A DNA stretch of 64,000 nt from an uncultured Verrucomicrobiota bacterium (GCA_946646575.1 CAMPCR010000001.1:14815-78814); one strand, 5' to 3'; counted from the first letter of the stretch, positions 34,242 to 44,585 are shown. Program-made: numbers and translations. Notes: generated by a model from the letters alone, not told the origin.

Positions 34242-35846
34242 TCAACCCCGTTTTTGATGCGCAAGGCTCGCCTTTACGAAACCGACAAACAGCGGATGCG
34301 GACGATGCGGCTTCGATTGAAACTCCGGATGGAATTGAACGCCGATGAACCACGGATGGCTCGGCAACTCCACCGCTTCGACGATATTCAACCGTTCATG
34401 TCGCCCGACCAAACGCAATCCCTTCTCTTCGAACGCCTGCGCATAGGTATCGTTAAATTCGTACCGATGGCGGTGACGTTCCGAAATGCGTTCCTTGCCG
34501 TACAGTTCCCGAATGCGGCTGTTCGGTGCCAAAACGCAGGGTTCCGCTCCCAAACGCATGGTACCGCCTTTGCACGAAACCTTCTTTTGCGCCTCCATCA
34601 AATCGATCACGGGGTGCGTCGTCGGGACGTTGGTTTCGGTGCTGCAGGCATCCGCATAGCCCAAAACGTTGCGCGCAAATTCCACCACCGCCAGTTGCAT
34701 CCCGAGGCAAATGCCGAGAAACGGCAAATTGTGTTCGCGCGCATAACGGATCGCGCGCATTTTCCCTTCCAAACCGCGCAATCCGAACCCGCCCGGCACC
34801 AAAATTCCGCACACATCCGACAATTTTTCTTCCCATCCGTCCGCTTCCAACACTTCCGCTTCGACGGTTCGAATATCGACTTTGCATTGATTTTCAATGC
34901 CCGCGTGCGCCAACGCCTCACGGACGGATTTGTAAGCGTCGGGAATGTCGGTATATTTTCCGACAAGACCGATGGTAACGGTTGTTTTCGGGAAACGAAT
35001 GCGCCGATTGACGTCCTCCCACACCGAAAGCGGCTTTTCGACGTACGGCAAACCCAGGCGGGATAATAATAACTTATCCAGGTGCTGTTGATGCAAAAGA
35101 AGCGGCAGTTCATAGGTTGAAACTTCCACATCGCGTTCCTCAACGACGGCTTCCGTCGAAACATTGCAAAATAAACTTAACTTTTCGCGAACGCTTTCCT
35201 CCATCGGCACTTCCGTGCGGCAAACCAAAATATCCAGTTGCAATCCGATTTCGCGCAGTTTGGCAACGCTCTGCTGGGAGGGCTTTGTTTTCAGTTCCGA
35301 CGACACCCGCAAATACACCAGCAACGTCAAATGGACGAACACCGCATTGTTCCGCCCCTGTTCCTGCGCCAACTGACGCAACGCTTCCAGGTACGGGAGT
35401 CCTTCGATATCACCGACCACACCGCCGATTTCGACGATCAGCACATCGATATCCTCCGACGCACAAAGCGCAATGCGGCGCTTGATTTCGTCCGTCACAT
35501 GCGGAATGACCTGCACGGTTTTCCCCAAATAGGAACCTTCGCGCTCCTTTCGCAAAATCGCTTCGTAAATCTTTCCCGACGTTACGCTGTTGTTGCGCGT
35601 CAATTTCGCGTGCGTAAAGCGTTCGTAATGCCCCAAATCCAAATCCGTTTCCGCGCCGTCTTCCAACACATAAACTTCGCCGTGCTGACAGGGATTCATC
35701 GTACCCGGGTCGACATTTAAGTAGGGATCCATTTTCAGCATCCCGACCTTTAACCCCTGCGCTTCCAGCAGCGCCCCGATCGAAGCCGCCGTCAGCCCCT
35801 TCCCGAGCGATGACACAACGCCACCCGTGATAAAAACAAACTTCAT
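34242..35846 (-). CDS. pyrG: CTP synthase
   Basis: 534 aa. [17 protein letters not shown] start, with the glutamine amidotransferase motif GICLGMQ and the HRHRYE segment. Confidence 0.97.
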   Translation of the reverse strand: MKFVFITGGVVSSLGKGLTAASIGALLEAQGLKVGMLKMDPYLNVDPGTMNPCQHGEVYVLEDGAETDLDLGHYERFTHAKLTRNNSVTSGKIYEAILRKEREGSYLGKTVQVIPHVTDEIKRRIALCASEDIDVLIVEIGGVVGDIEGLPYLEALRQLAQEQGRNNAVFVHLTLLVYLRVSSELKTKPSQQSVAKLREIGLQLDILVCRTEVPMEESVREKLSLFCNVSTEAVVEERDVEVSTYELPLLLHQQHLDKLLLSRLGLPYVEKPLSVWEDVNRRIRFPKTTVTIGLVGKYTDIPDAYKSVREALAHAGIENQCKVDIRTVEAEVLEADGWEEKLSDVCGILVPGGFGLRGLEGKMRAIRYAREHNLPFLGICLGMQLAVVEFARNVLGYADACSTETNVPTTHPVIDLMEAQKKVSCKGGTMRLGAEPCVLAPNSRIRELYGKERISERHRHRYEFNDTYAQAFEEKGLRLVGRHERLNIVEAVELPSHPWFIGVQFHPEFQSKPHRPHPLFVGFVKASLAHQKRG

Positions 35847-35993
35847 GCCGCGCCTACGATCTCAAATTGATGCCCGACGTTTTTGTGTGCAAGGTTTTTT
35901 ATATTTTACCGTGAGGAAAGCGGACAAAAAACAAACATCAGACATTCGAAGAACCTTTTACGCCGTGCACCCATCGTAAACCGTCTCGTCGAA

Positions 35994-36467
35994 TTACCAA
36001 GGCACAAACCACAATACCTCTTCGCCGCGACCCACTTCATGAACGGGAACGGAACGCCCTCCCGTCAACTCACTCAATTGCGACATCAGATTGTCACATC
36101 GAGCGATCCATTCGTCTTTCAGATAAATATAAATCGGACCGCGCACTTTCTTGTTCCGCGCCTGCTCCTCCGTCGGTCGGTAAAATTCGATGCGTTCCGG
36201 ATTGGCACCTATCGGCGGACGATCGGACATCACTCCCATAAAACGCACAAAGTAATTCCCGGACGATACATCAAACCACTTGTTTTTCGGGAAGGCGTTT
36301 GCATGCTTTCCGTAGTATTCGTAATACTCCTCAAAAGCATCTGCGATGGGAAAGGCAATCGCCCTTCGGTTCCAATAATCCAACCAACGGAGAACGATTT
36401 GATAACCCTTAAGCGAAACGCCGAGAGACACGCTCATAACCGCCAGACAAATGACGACCTCAATCAA
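35994..36467 (-). CDS. prepilin-type N-terminal cleavage/methylation domain protein (pseudopilin-like); leader out of frame
   Basis: The ORF begins at a TTG inside the conserved pilin N-terminus (L-IEVVICLAVMSV). The ATG at 36501 followed by an A5 run is one nucleotide out of frame. Removing one A gives MKTTRKSLGFSLIEVVICLAVM, a canonical prepilin leader. Confidence 0.7.
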   Translation of the reverse strand: MIEVVICLAVMSVSLGVSLKGYQIVLRWLDYWNRRAIAFPIADAFEEYYEYYGKHANAFPKNKWFDVSSGNYFVRFMGVMSDRPPIGANPERIEFYRPTEEQARNKKVRGPIYIYLKDEWIARCDNLMSQLSELTGGRSVPVHEVGRGEEVLWFVPW

Positions 36468-36619
36468 CGAAAAACCGAGCGACTTCCGTGTCGTTTTTCA
36501 TTATCTCACCACTAAAAAGTCACGCGCCGCCTGTCAAATGCTTTAACCCGTCTTTCCCGCAGCAAAACAAGCATGCACTGGCAACTCTCTGTTTTTGAAA
36601 CAGTCTACTCAATAGGTCT

Positions 36620-37627
36620 TCACTCCGCGCGGTACACAATCCCGACCGCGTTGCGAACGGCTTCCATGGTATTTTGCGCGATCGTTTTCATCTTTTTCGT
36701 CCCTTCAATCGCAATCTCCAAGGCTTCTTTATCCGTAACGGCGGCGCGCTTCTCGCGAACGGGTGCCAGTAAAGTTTGCAAAATCTCATCCAACCGACGT
36801 TTTAACGTCATATCCCCCAGCCCGCCTTTGCGATACTGTGCTTTTAAAGACTCAACCTCCTCTTTATCGGGATCGAACGCATCCAAGTAAGCGAATACCA
36901 CGTTGCCTTCGGTTTTGCCGGGATCGGAAACGCGAATATGATTCGGATCCGTGTACATCGAAAATACCTTATCGTGAACCGTTTCGGCGGAATCGGACAA
37001 AAAAATCGCATTCCCGAGCGACTTCGAAGCCTTTGCATTGCCGTCAATGCCGATTAAACGCGGCGTTTTGCTCAGCATCAGTTCAACTTCGCGCAAACAA
37101 TCCGTTTTGTAGGTATAATTAAAACGCCGCACCAGTTCGTTGGTTTGCTCAATCATCGGCGCCTGGTCCTCGCCCGCCGGAACGTGCGTCGCACGAAACA
37201 GCGTAATATCCGCCGCCTGGCTGACGGGATAACACAAAAAACCCGCCGGAATCGATTCCTCAAACCCGCGCAGCTGAATTTCGTTCTTAATCGTCGGATT
37301 GCGCTGCAGGCGCGATGTGGTCACCAAATTCAGCAACAGCATCGTCAATTCACATAACTCGGGGATTTGCGACTGGATGAAAATTGTCGTTTTTTGCGGA
37401 TCAATCCCAACCGCCAGATAGTCCTTAACGACTTCGGCGACATTTTTGACCACATGCTCGGGACGCTCAAAGTAATCGGTCAACGCCTGCATGTCGGCGA
37501 TCATCACAAACTGCTCGCAGGCATGCTGTAATTGAACGCGATTTTGCAGCGACCCGACGTAATGCCCCAAGTGCAATGGACCCGTCGGGCGATCGCCCGT
37601 TAAGAGAACTTTTTTCGATTCCGACAT
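36620..37627 (-). CDS. trpS: tryptophan--tRNA ligase
   Basis: The ORF extends to 37756. The ATG at 37627 gives MSESKKVLLTGDRPTGPLHLGHYVG (HIGH motif). A KMSKS-type motif (KASKSLGNAI) is present. 335 aa. Confidence 0.93.
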   Translation of the reverse strand: MSESKKVLLTGDRPTGPLHLGHYVGSLQNRVQLQHACEQFVMIADMQALTDYFERPEHVVKNVAEVVKDYLAVGIDPQKTTIFIQSQIPELCELTMLLLNLVTTSRLQRNPTIKNEIQLRGFEESIPAGFLCYPVSQAADITLFRATHVPAGEDQAPMIEQTNELVRRFNYTYKTDCLREVELMLSKTPRLIGIDGNAKASKSLGNAIFLSDSAETVHDKVFSMYTDPNHIRVSDPGKTEGNVVFAYLDAFDPDKEEVESLKAQYRKGGLGDMTLKRRLDEILQTLLAPVREKRAAVTDKEALEIAIEGTKKMKTIAQNTMEAVRNAVGIVYRAE

Positions 37628-37892
37628 ACTCTTATGAAAAGTTGTTTTGAAGTAGGCGGCAAAGGATTTTTTGGGGAGAATTGATATGTTTAAAATTCTC
37701 CATGCATACCCGAAAAGATCATGCAAACGCGCTGAAACAGCTTCCCGAAAAAGCAAATTTTACTTTGTAAAATACTAACGGCTGAATGTAATCGCCCCTC
37801 TCCTCTTTTTCACATTACGGCAACAGGCGGTTTTTCAAAAGTCACCAAGACACGGCATTTCCAATGCCTCACCGCTAATCAGTGCACAATTC

Positions 37893-38438
37893 TTAATCGT
37901 CCTCGGATTTCGCTTCCGCCTCCGAAGAGACAACCGACGAATTTTCGGAAACTGCAACAGGTGTGTTTTTCGAATTAGAAGTCAACGGCTCGGTCAAAGC
38001 AACGGACTTTTTCGGCTCGCCATACTCCCCCTTCACTCCGTCCAACACCACGTCCACCCGAACGGCTTTCAGCGCGCCGAGGCAATGCGTAACGGCGTTT
38101 TTTGCCGCTTCCTGGAAGCGCATGGAGGACACTTCGAACGATTGATTGACGTCCAGAGAGATGTATAATTTCAAAAGCAGCAATCGACGTTTATTGATGC
38201 ACTGAACGCGTTTGACGGAACCGCCTTCGATTTCCGCGCATGCCGATTGGATCAAATTCAAAACCGTTGCACGACTGACCCAAACCGAACCGTTGTCGGT
38301 GGACGCGGCGCGAAACGGTTGACGGGAGACGCGAAAACGATGAATAAGATACCACAACAGCAGAAAAAGAACCGTGCCGCCGATCGCTTCCTTATACTCG
38401 ATGATAAACGGCAATAATCGTTGAAAAAAGGTCTCCAT
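37893..38438 (-). CDS. membrane protein, AmaP-like (alkaline-shock-response membrane anchor, putative)
   Basis: 181 aa with an N-terminal TM helix (IGGTVLFLLLWYLI), immediately downstream of an Asp23-family gene. Size and context match AmaP. The assignment is weak. Confidence 0.4.
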   Translation of the reverse strand: METFFQRLLPFIIEYKEAIGGTVLFLLLWYLIHRFRVSRQPFRAASTDNGSVWVSRATVLNLIQSACAEIEGGSVKRVQCINKRRLLLLKLYISLDVNQSFEVSSMRFQEAAKNAVTHCLGALKAVRVDVVLDGVKGEYGEPKKSVALTEPLTSNSKNTPVAVSENSSVVSSEAEAKSEDD

Positions 38439-38449
38439 GGATACTTTTT

Positions 38450-38881
38450 TCAGGAAGCACTTTTCGTGCCTGCATCCGATGTTTCGGTACGAACGCCGTC
38501 GATAATCACATCAATACGCTCGGCATGTTTGCGCGTCATTTGCAACACGCTTTCGGCAATGGTTTGCTGAATGTCTTCGCCGACCTTCACCAGCTCCGCA
38601 CCGAACAACAAGTTGACCTTGACCTCGATGTCGTAATTGCCGTTTTCGTTTTCGGTCACCTTGACGCCGCGCTCGGAATCTTTTTTGGAAAACATTTCGG
38701 CAATCCCCTCCACAAAACCGCCGCCGACCGAATGCACGCCTTTGACGCGCTGAGCCGCCAAACGTACAATCCCCGCCACCACGGCAAGATTGATTTTAAT
38801 ATCGCCCTTCACCGATGTCGAATGTTCCTTCGGGAACGGAACGCTTATCTTTTCAGACAGTTGCTGTGAGTTGTCGCTCAT
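38450..38881 (-). CDS. Asp23/Gls24 family envelope stress protein
   Basis: 143 aa. [23 protein letters not shown]...[26 protein letters not shown] is the Asp23 (DUF322) pattern. The start overlaps the accC stop (ATGA). Confidence 0.85.
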   Translation of the reverse strand: MSDNSQQLSEKISVPFPKEHSTSVKGDIKINLAVVAGIVRLAAQRVKGVHSVGGGFVEGIAEMFSKKDSERGVKVTENENGNYDIEVKVNLLFGAELVKVGEDIQQTIAESVLQMTRKHAERIDVIIDGVRTETSDAGTKSAS

Positions 38882-40251
38882 TTTTTCTTCTTTTTCTTCG
38901 TTTCCGTGGTTCGTTGCAAAAAGGTTTTCATAAAATGCGTCGTGATGCCGCCGGCGCGATACGTCGGATCCAGCATAATCTTTTTACACAGCGGAATCGT
39001 CGTCTTAATGCCGCCGACAAGATATTCACCCAACGCGCGCGACATACGGATAATTGCTTCCTCCCGTGTTTCGCCCGTCGCAATCACCTTCCCGATCAGG
39101 CTGTCGTAATACGGCGGGATGACATAATCCGCATATACGTGCGAATCCATGCGCACGCCGTACCCGCCCGGTTCGTGATAAAAATCCACATGCCCGGGGC
39201 ACGGCATAAAATTGTTATCGGGATCCTCGGCATTGATGCGACATTCGATCGCGTGTCGACGGCACTTAATATCCTTCTGTCGCAAGGTCAGCTCTTCACC
39301 GTTTGCCACCCTCAACTGCCACTGAACCAAATCAATTCCCATGGCTTCCTCGGTCACGGTATGCTCCACCTGAAGGCGGGTATTCATTTCGATGAAATAA
39401 AAATCACCTTCTTTATCCACCAAAAATTCGATGGTTCCGACACCTTCGTAACCGCATTTTTCCGTCAGTTTCACCGCCGCTTTGCCCATTTTCTCGCGCA
39501 GGGAGGAATTTAAAAACGTCGAAGGCGCTTCCTCAACCAACTTCTGGTAATTGCGCTGCAACGAACAATCGCGTTCGCCGACGTGAATGACATGCCCGTG
39601 CGCATCCGCCAACACCTGAAATTCAATGTGATGCGGATCTTCAATGAATTTTTCAATGTACACCGAACCGTCGCCGAATGCCTTTTCCGCCTCCGTACGT
39701 GCCAACAGGAAAGCTTTCAAAAATGTCGCCGCATTCCACACGGTGCGCATGCCTTTTCCGCCGCCGCCCGCCGCGGATTTAATAATAACGGGAAAGCCGA
39801 TTTTTGTGGCGAGCTTCAAACCTTCGTTCTCGTCCGAAATCGCGCCCTCGCTCCCGGGAACGGTCGGAACGCCGACTTTGTGCGCCATTTGTCGCGCCGC
39901 GATTTTATCCCCCATTAAACGAATCGCCTGCGGCGAAGGACCGATAAATTTGATGCGACACGCTTCGCACTGTTCGGCAAACGTTGCGCTTTCCGCCAAA
40001 AATCCGTAACCGGGATGAACGGCATCCGCCCCGCCGATTTCCGCCGCCCCGAGAATACGATCCGCCTTTAAATAACTCTGCGACGCCGGTGCGGAACCGA
40101 TGCAAATCGCCTCGTCCGCCAACTGCACCGGCAACGAATGCACGTCCGCTTCCGAATACACCGCCAGCGTTTTGAGTCCCATTTCCCGACAGGCACGAAC
40201 CACGCGCAGTGCAATTTCCCCGCGGTTTGCAATAAGAACTTTGTGCATCAT
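38878..40251 (-). CDS. accC: acetyl-CoA carboxylase biotin carboxylase subunit
   Basis: 457 aa. [24 protein letters not shown], an ATP-grasp region (GGGGKGMR) and [14 protein letters not shown]. Confidence 0.96.
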   Translation of the reverse strand: MMHKVLIANRGEIALRVVRACREMGLKTLAVYSEADVHSLPVQLADEAICIGSAPASQSYLKADRILGAAEIGGADAVHPGYGFLAESATFAEQCEACRIKFIGPSPQAIRLMGDKIAARQMAHKVGVPTVPGSEGAISDENEGLKLATKIGFPVIIKSAAGGGGKGMRTVWNAATFLKAFLLARTEAEKAFGDGSVYIEKFIEDPHHIEFQVLADAHGHVIHVGERDCSLQRNYQKLVEEAPSTFLNSSLREKMGKAAVKLTEKCGYEGVGTIEFLVDKEGDFYFIEMNTRLQVEHTVTEEAMGIDLVQWQLRVANGEELTLRQKDIKCRRHAIECRINAEDPDNNFMPCPGHVDFYHEPGGYGVRMDSHVYADYVIPPYYDSLIGKVIATGETREEAIIRMSRALGEYLVGGIKTTIPLCKKIMLDPTYRAGGITTHFMKTFLQRTTETKKKKKK

Positions 40252-40703
40252 GCCGACGTGCGCACTTTAAACAGCGGCTGTCCGTATTCGACGGGCGCGC
40301 CGTTTTTCACCAAAACCTCCAAAATCTCCCCGGAACATTCGGCGCGCACTTCGTTCATCACCTTCATCGCCTCCAAAATACACACCGTTGTCTCGGGACG
40401 CACCACGCTCCCGACCTTGACGTAGGGCTCGCTCTCGGGCGACGGAGCGACATAAAACGCACCCACCATCGGTGCCTTGATGATAAAAACGTTCTTCTCC
40501 TCCGTCTTCGATCCCGAAGGCGCACTCGGAGGCACCGAAGTCGCGACCGTCGGCATCGAAACAGGCACCGTCGGCAATGTGGGAACCACAGGCAATGACC
40601 CGCGCTTTACGGAAAGCTTTAAATCTTTCTCCTCCAAACCGAATTCGGTCAGATTGAACTTTTCAACCAACTGCAGGACTTTCTGAAGGTCTTGAACATT
40701 CAT
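40248..40703 (-). CDS. accB: acetyl-CoA carboxylase biotin carboxyl carrier protein
   Basis: 151 aa. It has a Pro/Ala-rich linker and the biotinylation motif [12 protein letters not shown]. Confidence 0.93.
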   Translation of the reverse strand: MNVQDLQKVLQLVEKFNLTEFGLEEKDLKLSVKRGSLPVVPTLPTVPVSMPTVATSVPPSAPSGSKTEEKNVFIIKAPMVGAFYVAPSPESEPYVKVGSVVRPETTVCILEAMKVMNEVRAECSGEILEVLVKNGAPVEYGQPLFKVRTSA

Positions 40704-40740
40704 GCCGTTTCTTAATTTTACCCTGTTTGACCAAGAAAAT

Positions 40741-42606
40741 CTATTGCTTTTCCGCCAATGTCAGCGTCAGATGCAGCGTTTTTTTGCCGCGCATCACGGT
40801 ACATTGCAACACATCGCCCGGCCTGGACAGGAAAATGAAATTCTTGAACATCTCCATGGAAAAAACCTCGCTATCATTCACCCGCAACAGCACGTCATTG
40901 ACCCTGAAACCGCTTTGCGCCGCCGGCGAATTCGGCTGAACCTCACGAACCTGCAGACAAACCGCGTGCGTCTTCGGATTATACGCGGTCTCGACCGACA
41001 AGCCGGCATAACCGTAACGCACGTTTCCGAACAAAAGCAAATCCCGAAACACCCGTTCCAACGCCTGCGACGGCATATAGAAGGTTTCCTGCGTATCGGG
41101 TAACGCGTGGAACAACATTCCGAGTAAATTCCCCCGCACATCCAGTACCGCACCGCCGCAATCCCCCGCATCGATGCGCAGCGAACTGCGTACGAACACA
41201 AACGGGAATTCGGTTGCGAAGTACCGTTCCTGAAACGCCGTTACGTAACCGATTTGCGGCGATACCGAGCCCCCCAATTTGCAGGAAAGACTGACGATCG
41301 GCTGACCGATTTTCGGATACCCGTTATCGTGCAACAACGAAAAATACGACACGCTTCGCGTCTCCGACTCGGATTTATCTTTAACCGCCCGCAACGGTTC
41401 TTCGTCCGTCTGCAACAGGCATAATGAACTGACGGGATCTTCGCCGCGTTTTTTTGCCGAAAACTGCCGATGCGAACGCGTTTCGACATAAAAATCTTCC
41501 CCGCCGATCACGGGCGTCAACACATGTCCTTTATCGCTGACAAAAAAACCGCTCGCCACCTGCGCTTTACCGTCCAGCCTGTAACGAACACGCACGCAAC
41601 AATCACTGAAACGTTCATATAAATCGGGAAGTAAAAATAAAACGCCCGAAGTCGCTTGTGGCAGACTATCGGCAATGGGAACGGATGCTTTATCTTCAAC
41701 AGAAGATCTTCCGTCGGGTGCATCTTCAATCGCAACCGACGGCGACCGCAAAACTCCTTCGGACGATCCTGTCTCGGAAACACGCTCATCGGCAGCAGGA
41801 ACCGACGGTTCGGTAAGCAAAGCGGACGATTGATCTTCAACGGAACCCCCGGAGGCAGGCGCAATACTCCGACCGTCGCCGACCCCCGATCGAGGTAAAG
41901 GATCGACGGCGGAAACGCTCTTTCCCAAAAAAATACTTTCGGCGGGTGCCCCATCGGTCGCAACAGACGCGGGAAGCGATTTCTGCGGCGATGACTGCCT
42001 CAAAACACGTTCGTCGGGAACCGTCATCGATGCCAGGGATGTCGCAGGATATCGTTCACCCTGACTTTCCGCCCGCACTTTCTCAACAGTCGTGAGAATT
42101 TCTTCCGACTTTGTCGCATCTACGGCAACCGCAAGCGAAGAAACGCTGTCATCGGGCAAAGGCTTTTTAAGGGCACTCCTTTTTTCGGTGCCCCCAAATG
42201 TTTCGACCGCCGAGGCACGAGCTTCGGCAAAATCTCGCGTACCCTCCGCACTGCTTGCAGAGACAGATCTTTCTACCGATGTGCGTCGATCTCCGAAGGT
42301 TGCAATACGCTCTTTGGTTGGCGCAACTTTTTCGGAAACACGCCTGTGCATCTCAGTATCCGCAGATGCTTTAACATTCGAAGCGCTTCGCCTGAAATCG
42401 TTGCCTGCATTCCCTTCTGCCGCATCGCCCGCGGCAACGCGTGCACGCTCGAACGCTCCCGCCGCCAAAACCGCAGGTCTGGACGCCGCAACGCACGAAG
42501 CTTTAAAAGAACATCCAAACAGTACGCCCGCGCACAAAAGCACACCGACACAGCCCAAACGCAACCGAACCGCCGCCACCGTCGTTCGCCTGCCGACAAC
42601 CGCCAT
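40741..42606 (-). CDS. HtrA/DegP-like lipoprotein with PDZ domain and substituted catalytic triad
   Basis: The ATG at 42606 gives a signal with lipobox VLFGC, followed by a ~330-aa Ala/Ser/Val/Glu-rich region. Next comes a trypsin-like core alignable by eye to DegP (ASGFFVSDKGHVLT..., DPVSSLCLLQT, IDAGDCGGAVLDVRGNLLGM) and a C-terminal PDZ domain (VREVQPNSPAAQSGFRVNDVLLRVN). Confidence 0.7.
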   Translation of the reverse strand: MAVVGRRTTVAAVRLRLGCVGVLLCAGVLFGCSFKASCVAASRPAVLAAGAFERARVAAGDAAEGNAGNDFRRSASNVKASADTEMHRRVSEKVAPTKERIATFGDRRTSVERSVSASSAEGTRDFAEARASAVETFGGTEKRSALKKPLPDDSVSSLAVAVDATKSEEILTTVEKVRAESQGERYPATSLASMTVPDERVLRQSSPQKSLPASVATDGAPAESIFLGKSVSAVDPLPRSGVGDGRSIAPASGGSVEDQSSALLTEPSVPAADERVSETGSSEGVLRSPSVAIEDAPDGRSSVEDKASVPIADSLPQATSGVLFLLPDLYERFSDCCVRVRYRLDGKAQVASGFFVSDKGHVLTPVIGGEDFYVETRSHRQFSAKKRGEDPVSSLCLLQTDEEPLRAVKDKSESETRSVSYFSLLHDNGYPKIGQPIVSLSCKLGGSVSPQIGYVTAFQERYFATEFPFVFVRSSLRIDAGDCGGAVLDVRGNLLGMLFHALPDTQETFYMPSQALERVFRDLLLFGNVRYGYAGLSVETAYNPKTHAVCLQVREVQPNSPAAQSGFRVNDVLLRVNDSEVFSMEMFKNFIFLSRPGDVLQCTVMRGKKTLHLTLTLAEKQ

Positions 42607-42609
42607 CAC

Positions 42610-42996
42610 TTAGAAAGTGAAACGATCGCCGTCCGTTGAAGCAAGATTTTTCTTTAGAACGCTCTTTACGACTCCCAATGAAGGAGAAACATGAAAAGAT
42701 AACGAACGGCAGGATCGAATATCGGACGGTTGAAAACACATCTCAAGATGCGGCGCATTAAAGCGGGACGAAAAATGGCAAACGCCGCCGAATACGAACA
42801 ATCCGACCGCCGCAACGGGCGACCACCGTCGCAACCATGCACCGAGATATTGTTTCCACGAAACGCGCCGCGGTTGTTTTTCCTCCGCAAGCGACGCCTT
42901 TAAGCGCGCATCAAACGCATCCCAAAACGCCTCATCGGGCATCTCAAAACGCTTTGCCTTCAATAAGCGCTCCAATTCAAACTTCGGTTCTTCCAT
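42610..42996 (-). CDS. putative anti-sigma factor (single-pass membrane protein)
   Basis: 128 aa. Its start overlaps the sigma gene end by 20 nt. It has a charged N-terminal domain followed by one TM helix (WSPVAAVGLFVFGGVCHF). The call rests on position and topology only. Confidence 0.5.
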   Translation of the reverse strand: MEEPKFELERLLKAKRFEMPDEAFWDAFDARLKASLAEEKQPRRVSWKQYLGAWLRRWSPVAAVGLFVFGGVCHFSSRFNAPHLEMCFQPSDIRSCRSLSFHVSPSLGVVKSVLKKNLASTDGDRFTF

Positions 42997-43606
42997 GTCC
43001 TTTCAAATACCGCGACAATGATTGTTTTAGCTGTTCCTTTGCGTAATGCAAGCGCGAACGCACCGTCCCCTCCGAACATTGCAAGGTCTTTGCAATTTCA
43101 GCATGACTCATCCCCTCAATCTCGAACAGAACAACCACCGTTCTATGATTATGAGACAGTTGTTGCAGCGCTTCGTTCAATTTTTCCTGCAATTCTTTCA
43201 ACAACACCGCCCGATCGGCAGCGGGAATGTTTTCGCCGGGCATCAAAAAATCCGCCACATTCCCGCCTTCGCCCCATGTTTCCAGGCTGTACACGGGCTT
43301 TCGTTTGCGCGCATCCAAAAAATCCAACGTCTTATTGATGGCGATGCGGCACAACCACGTATAAAACTTCGATTGTCCCTTGAAGGTTTCCAGCGAACGA
43401 AACGCCTTTAAAAACACATCTTGCAGCAAATCCGCGGTATCCTCCTTTGAACTCGTCATGTTGTAGATGACCCGAAACAGCCGCCGTTGGTACTTTTTGA
43501 CGAAAAATTCGAACGCCCGCCGATTACCGGACTTGAAACGCTCCAACCACTCCAAATCCTCCGCGTCGGAAGCCGCCGCCTTTTCCGCTTCGTCTTCCCC
43601 GACCAT
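42977..43606 (-). CDS. ECF-type RNA polymerase sigma-70 family factor
   Basis: 209 aa. Region 2 is FVKKYQRRLFRVIYNMTSSKEDTADLLQDVFLKAFRSLETFKGQSKFYTWLCRIAINKTLD. Region 4 HTH is GMSHAEIAKTLQCSEGTVRSRLHYAKEQL. Confidence 0.88.
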   Translation of the reverse strand: MVGEDEAEKAAASDAEDLEWLERFKSGNRRAFEFFVKKYQRRLFRVIYNMTSSKEDTADLLQDVFLKAFRSLETFKGQSKFYTWLCRIAINKTLDFLDARKRKPVYSLETWGEGGNVADFLMPGENIPAADRAVLLKELQEKLNEALQQLSHNHRTVVVLFEIEGMSHAEIAKTLQCSEGTVRSRLHYAKEQLKQSLSRYLKGHGRTEV

Positions 43607-44259
43607 GCGCCCTCATATTGAGCGTATCTCAAAGGCACTTTTCGTCAATAAAAAGTCATAAAACACAAGGCAAGCTTTTTTCGGAACCATCGCGCCGCAA
43701 CACCTCGGCAGGCACCAACATCCCGCGCCTGTCTGACCGCACACAACGACGAAAAAAACGCCGCCTCAAAAAAACACCGCGGGTACTTTGAAGACAAAGG
43801 AACGTTCGAAACTTGCGGCAACCTGAAGGCTCAAAGACAATTCAACGGCATTTCCAAACCGGCGCGAAAGGAACCTCGCAAACGCCTTCCGACGCCCGAC
43901 GCGGGAGTACCGACGGCATACGATTTTTGGCGATGCAAAACAACCGAGAAATATCAAAAGGGCTTGTTCCGCCTTGCTTTTGTTATCCCGTAAAGCGTAC
44001 GGAAATAATGCAAAACGCACCTGAACGTTCGGCTTTAATCACCGACCGTCGATCCGTATCGGAACAAAACGATATTACCCGCGCTTTACAAACGCCCAAA
44101 AATCAAGGTTTTATTCACCTCCCGTCTCAAAGTACCTCGCGCCGGAGAACAATCCCGTCCGAACCGCTTTACCTCCGCGTGCAAAAGCAACCTCCTGCGA
44201 GGTTTCTTCGGCGAGAAACAACGGCAAGTTTAAAAAAACCGCGAAAATCCTAAGACCTT

Positions 44260-44505
44260 CTATCGGTAATCGCCGAACGCCGATTCCCGTACCAGAAACG
44301 CACGGATCCCGAAAAGGGACATCCTTACTTCCTTAACCCGCTCCGTCACGCCGACCAAATCGGCACAGGCAACCTCGATGCTCTCGCAACTTTTGGCAAC
44401 GCGCTCGCAAACGGCGTCCAACTTCTCCGCGAGCTCGGAAACATCCCGCGCCATATCGATGAGATTTTCCCGAGAGGGAACTTTATTCCTATGTTCATTA
44501 TCCAT
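44260..44505 (-). CDS. hypothetical protein
   Basis: The ORF starts at TTG 44526 and the first ATG is at 44505 (MDNEHRNKVPS...). It is predicted helical and acidic, with no motif recognised. It is the last gene of a metK-led run. Confidence 0.35.
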   Translation of the reverse strand: MDNEHRNKVPSRENLIDMARDVSELAEKLDAVCERVAKSCESIEVACADLVGVTERVKEVRMSLFGIRAFLVRESAFGDYR

Positions 44506-44585
44506 AAAACCTATGTCTGGAACCAATCGGTTCCTCGAACTCTATTCAGATTTTCTTACATTTGCTTTTCAATATCAACGCTCTT

